Part shown: piece after piece, positions 40,701 through 55,700 of the stretch
Layout: each line of letters begins with the position of its first letter
Position numbering within the stretch: the stretch's first letter is position 1
Source: the human T2T-CHM13v2.0 reference genome, Homo sapiens
Length of the DNA: 64,000 nucleotides
Assembly: GCF_009914755.1 (NCBI RefSeq)
Contig: NC_060933.1
Reading direction: 5' to 3' (one strand)
Position numbers and translations under genes: made by a program
The notes under the pieces: model-generated
What the model saw: only the letters and a program-made list of their open reading frames with translations
What the model was told of the DNA's origin: nothing
Databases searched by the model: none

Positions 40701-43700
40701 TCCATTCCATTCCATTCTATTCGGGTAAATTCCATTCCATTCCATTCGATTGCAATCGAGTTGATTCCATTCCATTCCACTGCATTCCATTCCATTCCAT
40801 TCCATTCCTATCCATTCCATTACGGATGATTCCATTCCATTGCATTCCATTCCATTCCATTCCCCTGTACTCGGGTTGATTCCATTCCATTCCATTCCAA
40901 TCCATGCCATTCCACTCGTGTTGATTCCATTCTTTCCATTCCATTCAAGTTGAATCCATTCCATTGCATTCCATTCCATTCCATTCCCCTGCAGTCGGGT
41001 TGATTCCATTCCATTCCATTCCATTCCATTCCATTCCATTCCATTCCTTTCCATTCTATTCCATTCCATTCGGATTCATTCTAATCAATTCCCTTACACT
41101 CCATTACATTCCATTCCATTCGGGTAGTTTCCATTCCATTCCATTCCATTCCATTCCATTCCTCTCCATTCCATTGCACACGGGTTGATTCCATTCCATT
41201 CTACTCCATTCCATTCCATTCCATTCCATTCCATTCCATTCCATTCCGGATGATTCCATTCCATTGAATTCCATTCCATTCCATTCCCCTGCACTTGGGT
41301 TGATTCCATTCCATTCCATTCCTTTCTGTTCCATTCCATTCCATTCCATTCTATTCGTGTTAATTCCATTGCATTCTATTCCATTCCATTCCATTGAAAT
41401 CGAGTTGATTCCATTCCATTCCATTCCATTCCAATCCATTCTGTTCCATTCCATTCTATTCGGGTTAATTCCATTCCATTCCATTCCATTGCATTCCAGT
41501 CCTTTCCATTCCATTCCACTCGGGTTGATTCCATTCTATTCCTTTCCATTCTGTTCCATTCCATTGCAATCGAGTTGATTCCATTCGAGTTGAATCCATT
41601 CCATTCCATTCCATTCCATTCCATTCCATTCCATTCCATTGCACACGGGTTCATTCCATTTCATTCCATTCCATTCTATTCCATACCATTCCATTCCATC
41701 CCATTCCATTCCGTTCCATTCCATGCCATTACACTCGGGTTGAATCCATTCCTTTCCATTCCATTGTTGTTGAATCCATTCCATTCCATTCCATTCCATT
41801 CGAATCCATTCCATTGCACTCGGGTTGATTCCATTCCATTCCATTCCATTTCATTTAATTCCATTCCATTCCATTACATTCGGATTGATTCTATTCAATT
41901 CCCTTACACTCCATTACATTCCATTCCATTCGGGATGTTTCCATTCCATTCCATTCCATTCCACTCTGTTCCATTGCATCAGGTTGATTGCATTCCATTC
42001 CATTCCATTCCATTCCATTCCATTCCATTCCGGATGATTCCATTCCATTGCATTCCATTCCATTCCATTCCCCTTCACTCGGGTTGATTCCATTCCGTTC
42101 CATTCCAATCCATTCCATTCTATTCGGGTTAATTCCATTCCATTCCATTTGATTCCATTCCATTCCATTCCATTCCATTGCAATCGAGTTGATTCCATTC
42201 CATTCCATTCCATTCCATTCCATTCCCTTCCATTCCATTCCGTTCCATTCCGTTCCATTGCATTCCATTGCATTCTATTCGGGTTAATTACATTCCATTC
42301 CATTCCATTCCATTCTATTCCATTCCATTGCAATCGAGTTGAATCCATTGCATTTCATTCCATTCCATTCCATTCCATTCTATTCCGGAAGATTCCATTC
42401 CATTGCATTCCATTCCATTCCATTCCCCTGCACTCGCGTTGATTCCATTCCATTCCATTCCATTCCATTCCATTCCGTTCCGTTCCGTTCCATTCCATTC
42501 CATTCGATTCCATTCCGTTCCGTTCCATTCCATTCCATTCCATTCTATTTGGGTTAATTCCATTCCATTCCATTCGATTGCAATCGAGTTGATTCCATTC
42601 CATTCCATTCCATTCCTTTCCATTCCATTACGGATGATTCCATTCCATTGCATTCCATTCCATTCCATTCCCCAGCACTCGAATTGATTGCATTCCATTC
42701 CATTCCATTCCATTCAATTCCATTCCGTTCCATTCCATTCCATTACATTCGGATTGATTCTATTCAACTCCCTTACTCTCCATTACATTCCATTGCATTC
42801 GGGTTGTTCCATTCCATTCCATTCCATTCCACTCCATTCCATTGCACTCGGGTTGATTCCATTCCATTCCATTCCATTCCATTCCATTCCATTCCATTCC
42901 ATTCCATTCCATTCCATTCCATTCCATTGTAGTCGGGTTGATTCCATTCAATTGCATTCCATTCCATTCCATTCCATTCCCCACCATTCCATTCCATTCC
43001 ATTCCATTCCATTCCATTCCGTTCCGTTCCATTCCTTTCCATTCCATTCCATTCTATTCGGGTTAATTCCATTCCATTCCATTCCATTCCATTCTATTCC
43101 ATTCCATTGCAATCGAGTTGAATCCATTGCATTCCATTCCATTCCTTTCCATTCCGGAAGATTCCATTCCATTGCATTCCATTACATTCCATTCCCCTGC
43201 ACTCGCGTTGATTCCATTCCATTCCATTCCATTCGGATTCATTCTATTCAATTCCCTTACACTCCATTACATTCCATTCGATTCGTGTAGTTTCCATTCC
43301 ATTCCATTCCATTCCTCTCCATTCCATTGCACTCGGTTTGATTCCATTCCATTCCATTCCATTCCATTCCATTCCATTCCGGATGATTCCATTCCATTGA
43401 ATTCCATTCCATTCCATTCCCCTGCACTTGGGTTGATTCCATTCCATTCCATTCCATTCCTTTCTGTTCCATTCAATTCCATTCCATTCCATTCTATTCG
43501 TGTTAATTCCATTCCATTCTATTCCATTCCATTCCATTGAAATCGAGTTGATTCCATTCCATTCCATTCCATTCCATTCCATTCCATTCCATTCCATTCC
43601 GGATGATTCCAGTCCATTGCATTCCATTCCATTCCATTCCCCTGCACTCGGGTTGATTCCATTCCATTCCATTCCATTACATTCCATTCCATTCCGTTCC

Positions 43701-46700
43701 ATTTCATTCTATTCGGGTTAATTCCATTCCATTCCATTCCATTCCACTCCATTCCAGTCCTTTCCATTCCATTCCACTCGGGATGATTCCATTCTATTCC
43801 TTTCAATTCCATTCCATTCCATTGCAATCGAGTTGATTCCATTCGAGTTCAATCCATTCCATTCCATTCCATTGAACACGGGTTCATTCCATTCCATTCC
43901 ATTCCATTCCATTCCATTCCATTTCATTCCATTCCATTCTATTCCGTACCATTCCATTCCATCCCATTCCATTCCGTTCCATTCCATGCCATTACACTCG
44001 GGTTGATTCCATTCCTTTCCATTACATTCTTGTTGAATCCATTCCATTCCATTCCATTCCATTCGAATCCATTCCATTGCACTCGGGTTGATTCCATTCC
44101 ACTCCATTCCATTCCATTTCTTTCCATTCCATTCCATTACATTCGGATTGATTCTATTCAATTCCCTTATACTCCATTACATTCCATTCCTTTCGGAATG
44201 TTTCCATTCCATTCCATTCCATTCGACTCCATTCCATTGCATCAGGTTGATTGCATTCCATTCCATTCCATTCCATTCCGGATGATTCCATTCCATTGCA
44301 TTCCATTCCATTCCATTCCCCTGCACTCGGGTTGATTCCATTCCATTCCATTCCATTCCATTCCATTCCGTTCCATTCCATTCCATTCCATTCTATTCCG
44401 GTTAATTCCATTCCATTCCATTCCATTCCATTCCATTCCATTGCAATCGAGTTGATTCCATTCCATTCCATTCCATTCCGTTCCGGATGATTCCATTCCA
44501 TTCCATTCCATTCCATTCCATTCCCCTGCAGTCGGGTTGATTCCATTCCATTCCATTCCATTCCATTCCATTCCATTCCATTCCATTCCGTTCCATTCCA
44601 TTCCATTCCATTCTATTCGGGTTAATTCCATTCCATTCCATTCCATTCCATTCCATTAGATACCATTCCAATCGAGTTGATTCCATTCCATTCCATTCCA
44701 TTCCATTCCACTCCATTCCAGTCCTTTCCATTCCATTACACTCGGGTTGATTCAATTCTATTCCTTTCCATTCCATTCCATTCCATTGCAATCGAGTTGA
44801 TTCCATTGCTTTGCATTCCATTCCATTCCATTCCATTCCGGATGATTCCATTCCATTGCATTCCATTCCATTCCATTCCCCTGCACTCGGGTTGATTCCA
44901 TTCCATTCCACTCCATTCCGTTCCATTCCATTCCATTCCATTGTATTCGGGTTAATTCCATTCCATTCCATTCCATTCCATTCCATTCCGTTCCATTCCA
45001 TTACAATCGAGTTGATTCCATTCCATTCAATTCCATTCCATTCCATTCCATTCCAGTCCTTTCCCTTCCTTTCCACTCGGGTTGATTCCATTCTATTAGT
45101 TTCCATTCCATTCCATTCCCTTCCATTCCACTCTGGTTGATTCCATTCCTTTCCATTCCACTCGAATACATTCCCTCCTATTCCACTCGGAAGGATTCCA
45201 TTCCATTCCATTCCATTCCATTCCATTCCATTTCAGTTCATTCGATTCCATTCTATTCCATACCATTCCATTCCATTCCATTCCTTTCCATTCCATTCCT
45301 TTCCACTCGTGTTGATTCCATTCCTTTCAATTCCATTCGGTTTGAAGGCATTCCATTCCATTCAATTCCATTCCATTCCATTCCATTCCATTCCATTCTA
45401 TTCCATTCCATTGCAATCGAGTTGAATCCATTGCCTTTCATTCCATTCCATTCCATTCCATTCCATTCCGGAAGATTCCATTCCATTGCATTCCATTCCA
45501 TTCCATTCCCCTGCACTCGCGTTGATTCCATTCCATTCCATTCCATTCCATTCCGTTCCGTTCCGTTCCATTCCATTCCATTCCATTCCATTCCATTCCA
45601 TTCCGTTCCGTTCCATTCCATTCCATTCCATTCCATTCTATTCGGGTTAATTCCATTCCGTTCCATTCGATTGCCATCGAGTTGATTCCATTCCATTCCA
45701 TTCCATTCCATTCCATTCCATTCCACTCCATTCTGTTCCGTTGCATTCCATTCTATTGCATTCCATTCTATTCGGGTTAATTCCATTCCATTCTATTCCA
45801 TTCCATTCCATTCCATTCCATTGCAATGGAGTTGATTCCATTCCATTCCATTCCATTCCGGATGATTCCATTCCATTGCATTCCATTCCATTCCATTCCC
45901 CTGCACTCTTGTTGATTCCATTCCCTTCCATTCCATTCCATTCCGTTCCATTCCATTCCATTCCATTCTATTCCGGTTAATTCCATTCCATTCCATTCCA
46001 TTCCATTGAAATCGAGTTGATTCCATTCCATTCCTTTCCATTCCATTCCATTGCCTTGCATTCCACTCGGGTTGATTCCATTCCCTTCTTTCCACTCTAT
46101 TACATTCCCTTCCATTCCACTCGGAATGATTGATTCCATTCCATTCCATTCCATTTCATTCCATTGCAATCCATTCCAATCCATTCCATTCCATTCCATT
46201 CCACTCGAGTTGACTTCATTCCATTCCTTTCCATTCCATTCCATTCCTTTCCACTCGAGTTGATTCCATTCCATTCCATTCAATTGCATTCCATTCCATG
46301 CCATTCCACTCGGGTTGATTCCATTCCTTTGCATTCCATTCCATTCCATTCCATTCCATTCCATTCCATTCCGTTGCATTCCATTCCATTACATTCGGAT
46401 TGATTCTATTCAACTCCCTTACTGTCCATTACATTCCATTCCATTCGGGTTGTTCCATTCCATTCCATTCCATTCCACTCCATTCCATTGCACTCGGGTT
46501 GATTCCATTCCATTCCATTCCTTTCCATTCCATTCCATTCCGGATGATTCCATTCCATTGCATTCCGTTCCATTACATTCCCCTGCACTCGCGTTGATTC
46601 CATTCCATTCCATCCCATTCCATTCAATTCCATTCCATTACAATTCGTTCCATTCCATTCTATTCCGTACCATTCCATTCCATTCCATTCCATTCCATTC

Positions 46701-49700
46701 CATTCCATTCCAATCCGTTCCATTCCGTTCCATTCCATTCCATTCTATTCGGGTTAATTCCATTCCATTCCATTCCATTCCATTCTATTCCATTCCATTG
46801 CAATCGAGTTGAATCCACTGCATTTCATTCCATTCCATTCCATTCCATTCCATTCCGGAATATTCCATTCCATTGCATTCCATTCCATTCCATTCCCCTG
46901 CACTCGCGTTGATTCCATTCCATTCCATTCCATTCCATTCCATTCCGTTCGGTTCCGTTCCTTTCCATTCCATTCCATTCCATTCCATTCCATTCCATTC
47001 CATTCCATTCCATTCCGTTCCTTTCCATTCCATTACGGATGATTCCATTCCATTGCATTCCATTCCATTCCATTCCCCTGTACTCGGGTTGATTCCATTC
47101 CATTGCATTCCAATCCATGCCCTTGCACTCGTGTTGATTCCATTCTTTCCATTCCATTCAAGTTGAATCCATTCCATTGCATTCCATTCCATTCGATTCC
47201 ATTCGATTGCACTCGGGTTGATTCCATTCCATTGCATTCCATTCCATTCCATTCCATTCCATTCCGTTCCATTCCATTCCATTACATTCGGATTGATTCT
47301 ATTCAATTCCCTTACACTCCATTACATTCCATTCCATTCGGGTAGTTACCATTCCATTCCATTCCATTCCTCTCCATTCCATTGCACTCGGGTTGATTCC
47401 ATTCCATTGCATTCCATTCCATTCCATTCAATTCCATTCTTTTCCATTCCATTCCATTCCATTACTTTCGGATTGATTCTATTCAACTCCCTTACTCTCC
47501 ATTACATTCCATTCCATTCGGGCTGTTCCATTCCATTCCATTCCATTCCATTCCATTCCACTCCATTCCATTGCACTCGGGTTTATTCCATTCCATTCCA
47601 TTCCATTCCATTCCATTCCATTCCATTCCGGAAGATTCCATTCCATTGCATTCCATTCCATTCCATTCCCCTGCACTCGCGTTGATTCCATTCCATTCCA
47701 TTCCATTCCATTCCATTCCTTTCCGTTCCATTCCATTCCATTCCATTCCATTCCATTCCATTCCATTCCGTTCCGTTCCGTTCCGTTCCATTCCATTCCA
47801 TTCCATTCTATTCGGGTTAATTCCATTCCATTCCATTCGATTGCAATCGAGTTGATTCCATTCCATTCCATTCCATTCCATTCCATTCTTTCCATTCCAT
47901 TACGGATGATTCCATTCCATTGCATTCCATTCCATTCGATTCCCCTGTACTCGGGTTGATTCCATTCCATTCCATTCCAATCCATGCCATTCCACTCGTG
48001 TTGATTCCATTCTTTCCATTCCATTCAAGTTGAATCCATTCCATTGCTTTCCATTCCATTCGATTCCATTCGATTGCACTCGGGTTGATTCCATTCCATT
48101 GCATTCCATTCCATTCCATTCCATTCCATTCCATGCCATTCCGTTCCATTCCATTCCATTACATTCGGATTGATTCTATTCAATTCCCTTACACTCCATT
48201 ACATTCCATTCCATTCGGGTAGTTTCCATTCCATTCCATTCCATTCCTCTCCATTCCATTGCACTCGGGTTGATTCCATTCCATTGCATTCCATTCCATT
48301 ACATTCAATTCCATTCCGTTCCATTCCATTCCATTACATTCGGATTGATTCTATTCAACTCCCTTACTCTCCATTACATTCGATTCCATTCGGGTTGTTC
48401 CATTCCATTCCATTCCATTCCACTCCATTCCATTGCACTGGGGTTGATTCCATTCCATTCCATTCCATTCCGGAAGATTCCATTCCATTGCATTCCATTA
48501 CATTCCATTCCCCTGCACTCGCGTTGATTCCATTCCATTCCATTCCATTCCATTCCATTCCTTTCCGTTCCATTCCATTCCATTCCATTCCATTCCATTC
48601 CGTTCCGTTCCGTTCCGTTCCATTCCATTCCATTCCATTCTATTCGGGTTAATTCCATTCCATTCCATTCCATTGCAATCGAGTTGATTCCATTCCATTC
48701 CATTCCATTCCATTCCATTCCATTCCATTCCTTTCCATTCCATTACGGATGATTCCATTCCATTGCATTCCATTCCATTCCATTCCCCTGTACTCGGGTT
48801 GACTCCATTCCATTCCATTCCAATCCATGCCATTCCACTCGTGTTGATTCCATTCTTTCCATTCCATTCAAGTTGAATCCATTCCATTGCATTCCATTCC
48901 ATTCCATTCCCCTTCAGTCGGGTTGATTCCATTCCATTCCATTCCATTCCATTATATTCCATTGCAATCGAGTTGATTCCATTCCATTCCATTCCGTTCC
49001 ATTCCACTCCATTCCAGTCCTTTCCATTCCATTCCACTCGGGTTGTTTCCCATGTATTCCTTTCCATTCCATTCCATTCCATTGCAATCGAGTTGATTCC
49101 ATTGCTTTGCATTCCATTCCATTCCATTCCATTCCGGATGATTCCATTCCATTGCATTCCATTCCATTCCATTCCCCTGCACTCGGGTTGATTCCATTCT
49201 ATTCCACTCCATTCCAATCCATTCCATTCCGTTGTATTCGGGTTAATTCCATTCCATTCCATTCCATTCCATTCCATTCCATTGCATTCCAATCCATTAC
49301 AATCGAGTTGATTCCATTCCATTCCATTCCATTCCATTCCATTCCATTCCAGTCCTTTCCATTCCATTCCACTCGGGTTGATTAAATTCTATTAGTTTCC
49401 ATTCCATTCCATTCCCTTCCATTCCACTCTGGTTGATTCCATTGCTTTCCATTCCACTCGAATACATTCCCTCCTATTCCACTCGGAACGATTCTATTCC
49501 AGTCCATTCCATTCCATTCCATTCCATTTCGTTCCATTCCATTCTATTCCGTACCATTCCATTCCATTCCATTCCTTTCCATTCCATTCCATTCCTATCC
49601 ATTCCATTACGGATGTTTCCATTCCATTGCATTCCATTCCATTCCATTCCCCTGTACTCGGGTTGATTCCATTCCATTCCATTCCATTCCATTCCATTCC

Positions 49701-52700
49701 ATTGTACTCGGGTTGATTCCATTCCATTCCATTCCATTCCATTCCATTCCATTCCATTCCGTTACATTCGATTCCATTACATTCGGATTGATTCTATTCA
49801 ACTCCCTTACTCTCCATTACATTCCATTCCATTCGGGTTGTTCCATTCCATTCCATTCCATTCCATTCCACTCCATTCCATTGCACTCGGGTTGATTCCA
49901 TTCCATTCCATTCCATTCCATTCCGGATGATTCCAGTCCATTGCATTCCGTTCCATTACATTCCCCTGCACTCGCGTTGATTCCATTCCATTCCATTCCA
50001 TTCCATTCAATTCCATTCCATTACAATTCGTTCCATTCCATTCTATTCCGTACCATTCCATTCCATTCCATACTATTCCATTCCATTCCATTCCATTCCA
50101 TTCCGTTCCATTCCGTTCCATTCCATTCCATTCCATTCTATTCGGGTTAATTCCATTCCATTCCATTCCATTGCATTCTATTCCATTCCATTGCAATCGA
50201 GTTGAATCCATTGCATTTCATTCCATTCCATTCCATTCCATTCCGGAAGATTCCATTCCATTGCATTCCATTCCATTCCATTTCCCTGCACTCGCGTTGA
50301 TTCCATTCCATTCCATTCCATTCCGTTCCGTTCCGTTCCGTTCCGTTCCGTTCCATTCCATTCCATTCCATTCCATTCCATTCCGTTCCGTTCCATTCCA
50401 TTCCATTCCATTCTATTTGGGTTAATTCCATTCCATTCCATTCGATTGCAATCGAGTTGATTCCATTCCATTCCATTCCATTCCATTCCATTCCTTTCCA
50501 TTCCATTACGGATGATTCCATTCCATTGCATTCCATTCCATTCCATTCCCCTGTACTCGGGTTGATTCCATTCCATTCCATTCCAATCCGTGCCATTCCA
50601 CTCGTGTTGATTCCATTCTTTCCATTCCATTCAAGTTGAATCCATTCCATTGCATTGCATTCCATTCGATTCCATTTGATTGCACTCGGGTTGATTCCAT
50701 TCCATTCCATTCCATTCCATTCCATTCCATTCCATTCGGATTGATTCTATTCAATTCCCTTACACTCCATTACATTCCATTCCATTCGGGTAGTTTCCAT
50801 TCGATTCCATTCCATTCCTCTCCATTCCATTGCACTCGGGTTGATTCCATTCCATTGCATTCCATTCCATTCCATTCAATTCCATTCTGTTCCATTCCAT
50901 TCCATTACATTCGGAATGATTCTATTCAACTCCCTTACTCTCCATTACATTCCATTCCATTCGGGTTGTTCCATTCCATTCCATTCCATTCCACTCCATT
51001 CCATTGCACTCGGGTTGATTCCATTCCATTCCATTCCATTCCATTCCATTCCATTCCGGAAGATTCCATTCCATTCCATTCCACTCCATTCCATTGCACT
51101 CGCGTTGATTCCATTCCATTCCATTCCATTCCATTCCGTTCCATTCCATTCCTTTCCGTTCCATTCCATTCCATTCCATTCCATTCCATTCCGTTCCGTT
51201 CCGTTCCATTCCATTCCATTCCATTCCATTCTATTCGGGTTAATTCCATTCCATTCCATTCGATTGCAATCGACTTGATTCCATTCCATTCCATTCCATT
51301 CCATTCCATTGCATTCCGGAAGATTCCATTCCATTGCATTCCATTCCATTCCATTCCCCTGCACTCGCGTTGATTCCATTCCATTCCACTCCATTCCATT
51401 CCATTCCATTCCATTCCGTTCCGTTCCGTTCCATTCCATTCCGTTCCATTCCATTCCGTTCCGTTCCGTTCCATTCCATTCCATTCCATTCTATTCGGGT
51501 TAATTCCATTCCATTCCATTCCATTGCAATCGAGTTGATTCCATTCCATTCCATTCCATTCCATTCCATTCCATTCCATTCCATTCCTTTCCATTCCATT
51601 ACGGATGATTCCATTCCATTGCATTCCATTCCATTCCATTCCCCTGTACTCGGGTTGATTCCATTCCATTCCATTCCAATCCATGCCATTCCACTCGTGT
51701 TGATTCCATTCTTTCCATTCCATTCAAGTTGAATCCATTCCATTGCATTCCATTCCATTCCATTCCCCTGCAGTCGGGTTGATTCCATTCCATTCCATTC
51801 CATTCCATTCCATTCCATTCCATTCCATTCCAATCGAGTTGATTCCATTCCATTCCATTCCATTCCATTCCATTCCACTCCTTTCCAGTCCTTTCCATTC
51901 CATTCCACTCGGGTTGATTCCAATGTATTCCTTTCCATTCCATTCCATTCCATTGCAATCGAGTTGATTCCATTGCTTTGCAATCCATTCCATTCCATTC
52001 CATTCCGGATGATTCCATTCCATTGCATTCCATTCCATTCCATTCCCCTGCACTCGGGTTGATTCCATTCCATTCCACTCCATTCCATTCCATTCCATTC
52101 CATTCCGTTGTATTCGGGTTAATTCCATTCCATTCCATTCCATTCCATTCCATTCCAATCCATTACAATCGAGTTGATTCCATTCCATTCCATTCCATTG
52201 CATTCCATTCCATTCCATTCCAGTCCTTTCCATTCCATTCCACTCGGGTTGATTCCGTTCTATTAGTTTCCATTCCATTCCATTCCCTTCCATTCCACTC
52301 TGGTTGATTCCATTCCTTTCCATTCCACTCGAATACATTCCCTCCTATTCCACTTGGAACGATTCTATTCCATTCCATTCCTTTCCCTTCCATTCCATTC
52401 CACTCGTGTTGATTCCATTCCTTTCCATTCCATTCGGTTTGAAAGCATTCCATTCCATTCAATTCCACTCCATTCCATTCCTTTCCATTCCATTCCATTC
52501 CATTCCATTCCATTCCATTCCATTGAACTCGGGTTGATTCCATTCCATTGCATTCCATTCCATTCCATTCCATTCCATTCCATTATATTCCATTCCATTC
52601 CGTTGCATTCCATTCCATTACATTCGGATTGATTCTATTCAACTCCCTTACTCTCCATTACATTCCATTCCATTCGGGTTGTTCCATTCCATTCCATTCC

Positions 52701-55700
52701 ATTCCACTCCATTCCATTGCACTCGGGTTGATTCCATTCCATTCCATTCCATTCCATTCCGGATGATTCCATTCCATTGCATTCCGTTCCATTACATTCC
52801 CTTGCACTCGCGTTGATTCCATTCCATTCCATTCCATTCCATTCTATTCCATTCCATTACAATTCCTTCCATTCCATTCTATTCCGTACCATTCCATTCC
52901 ATTCCATACCATTCCATTCCATTCCATTCCATTCCATTCCATTCCGTTCCATTCCTTTCCATTCCATTCCATTCCATTCTATTCGGGTTAATTCCATTCC
53001 ATTCCATTCCATTCCATTCTATTCCATTCCATTGCAATCGAGTTGAATCCATTGCATTTCATTCCATTCCATTCCATTCCATTCCGGAAGATTCCATTCC
53101 ATTGCATTCCATTCCATTCCATTCCCCTGCACTCGCGTTGATTCCATTCCATTCCATTCCATTCCATTCCATTCCGTTCCGTTCCGTTCCGTTCCGTTCC
53201 ATTCCATTCCATTCCATTCCATTCCGTTCCGTTCCATTCCATTCCATTCCATTCTATTTGGGTTAATTCCATTCCATTCCATTCGATTGCAATCGAGTTG
53301 ATTCCATTCCATTCCATTCCATTCCATTCCATTCCATTCCATTCCTATCCATTCCATTACGGATGTTTCCATTCCATTGCATTCCATTCCATTCCATTCC
53401 CCTGTACTCGGGTTGATTCCATTCCATTCCATTCCATTCCATTCCATTCCCCTGTACTCGGGTTGATTCCATTCCATTCCATTCCAATCCATGCCATTCC
53501 ACTCGTGTTGATTCCATTCTTTCCATTCCATTCAAGTTGAATCCATTCCATTGCATTGCATTCCATTCGATTCCATTCGATTGCACTCGGGTTGATTCCA
53601 TTCCATTCCATTCCATTCCATTCCATTCCATTCCATTCCGTTCCATTCCATTCCATTACATTCGTATTGATTCTATTCAATTCCCTTACACTCCATTACA
53701 TTCCATTCCATTCGGGTAGTTTCCATTCGATTCCATTCCATTCCTCTCCATTCCATTGCACTCGGGTTGATTCCATTCCATTGCATTCCATTCCATTCCG
53801 TTCAATTCCATTCCGTTCCATTCCATTCCATTACATTCGGAATGATTCTATTCAACTCCCTTACTCTCCATTACATTCCATTCCATTCGGGTTGTTCCAT
53901 TCCATTCCATTCCATTCCACTCCATTCCATTGCACTCGGGTTGATTCCATTCCATTCCATTCCATTCCATTCCGGAAGATTCCATTCCATTGCATTCCAT
54001 TACATTCCATTCCCCTGCACTCGCGTTGATTCCATTCCATTCCATTCCATTCCATTCCGTTCCATTCCATTCCTTTCCGTTCCATTCCATTCCATTCCAT
54101 TCCATTCCATTCCGTTCCGTTCCATTCCATTCCATTCCATTCTATTCGTGTTAATTCCATTCCATTCCATTCGATTGCAATCGAGTTGATTCCATTCCAT
54201 TCCATTCCATTCCATTCCATTCCATTCCATTGCATTCCGGAAGATTCCATTCCATTGCATTCCATTCCATTCCATTCCCCTGCACTCGCGTTGATTCCAT
54301 TCCATTCCATTCCATTCCATTCCATTCCATTCCGTTCCGTTCCGTTCCATTCCATTCCATTCCATTCCATTCCGTTCCGTTCCGTTCCATTCCATTCCAT
54401 TCCATTCTATTCCATTCCAATCGAGTTGATTCTATTCCATTCCATTCCATTCCATTCCATTCCATTCCATTCCAATCGAGTTGATTCTATTCCATTCCAT
54501 TCCATTCCATTCCATTCCAGTCCTTTCCATTCCATTCCACTCGGGTTGATTCCATTCTATTAGTTTCCATTCCATTCCATTCCCTTCCATTCCACTCTGG
54601 TTGATTCCATTCCTTTCCAATCCACTCGAATACATTCCCTCCTATTCCACTCGGAACGATTCCATTCCATTCCATTCCATTCCATTCCATTCCATTCCAT
54701 TCCTTTCCATTCCATTCTACTCCATACCATTCCATTCCATTCGATTGCATTCCATTCCATTCCATTCCATTCCATTCCACTCGTGTTGATTCCATTCCTT
54801 TCCATTCCATTCCGTTTGAAGCCATTCCATTCCATTCCATTCCATTCCATTCCATTCCATTCCATTCCATTCCATTGTAGTCGGGTTGATTCCATTCAAT
54901 TGCATTCCATTCCATTCCATTCCATTCCGTTCCATTCCATTCCATTACATTCGGATTGATTCTATTCAACTCCCTTACTCTCCATTACATTCCATTCCAT
55001 TCGGGTTGTTCCATTCCATTCCATTCCATTCCACTCCATTCCATTGCACTCGGGTTGATTCCATTCCATTCCATTCCATTCCATTCCATTCCGGATTATT
55101 CCATTCCATTACATTCTGTTCCATTACATTCCCCTGCACTCGCGTTGATTCCATTCCATTCCATTCCATTCCCCACCATTCCATTCCATTCCATTCCATT
55201 CCATTCCATTCCGTTCCGTTCCATTCCGTTCCATTCCATTCCATTCTATTCGGGTTAATTCCATTCCATTCCATTCCATTCCATTCTATTCCATTCCATT
55301 GCAATCGAGTTGAATCCATTGCATTCCATTCCATTCCTTTCCATTCCGGAAGATTCCATTCCATTGCATTCCATTACATTCCATTCCCCTGCACTCGCGT
55401 TGATTCCATTCCATTCCATTCCATTCGGATTCATTCTATTCAATTCCCTTACACTCCATTACATTCCATTCGATTTGTGTAGTTTCCATTCCATTCCATT
55501 CCATTCCTCTCCATTCCATTGCACTCGGGTTGATTCCATTCCATTCCATTCCATTCCATTCCATTCCATTCCATTCCATTCCATTCCGGATGATTCCATT
55601 CCATTGAATTCCATTCCATTCCATTCCCCTGCACTTGGGTTGATTCCATTCCATTCCATTCCATTCCTTTCTGTTCCATTCAATTCCATTCCATTCCATT

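Noticed and set aside
53396-53500. 50-bp tandem repeat of the CCCCTGTACTCGGGTTG word (53401/53451)
   Set aside because: It is real but a routine slippage or unequal-exchange product of little separate interest.
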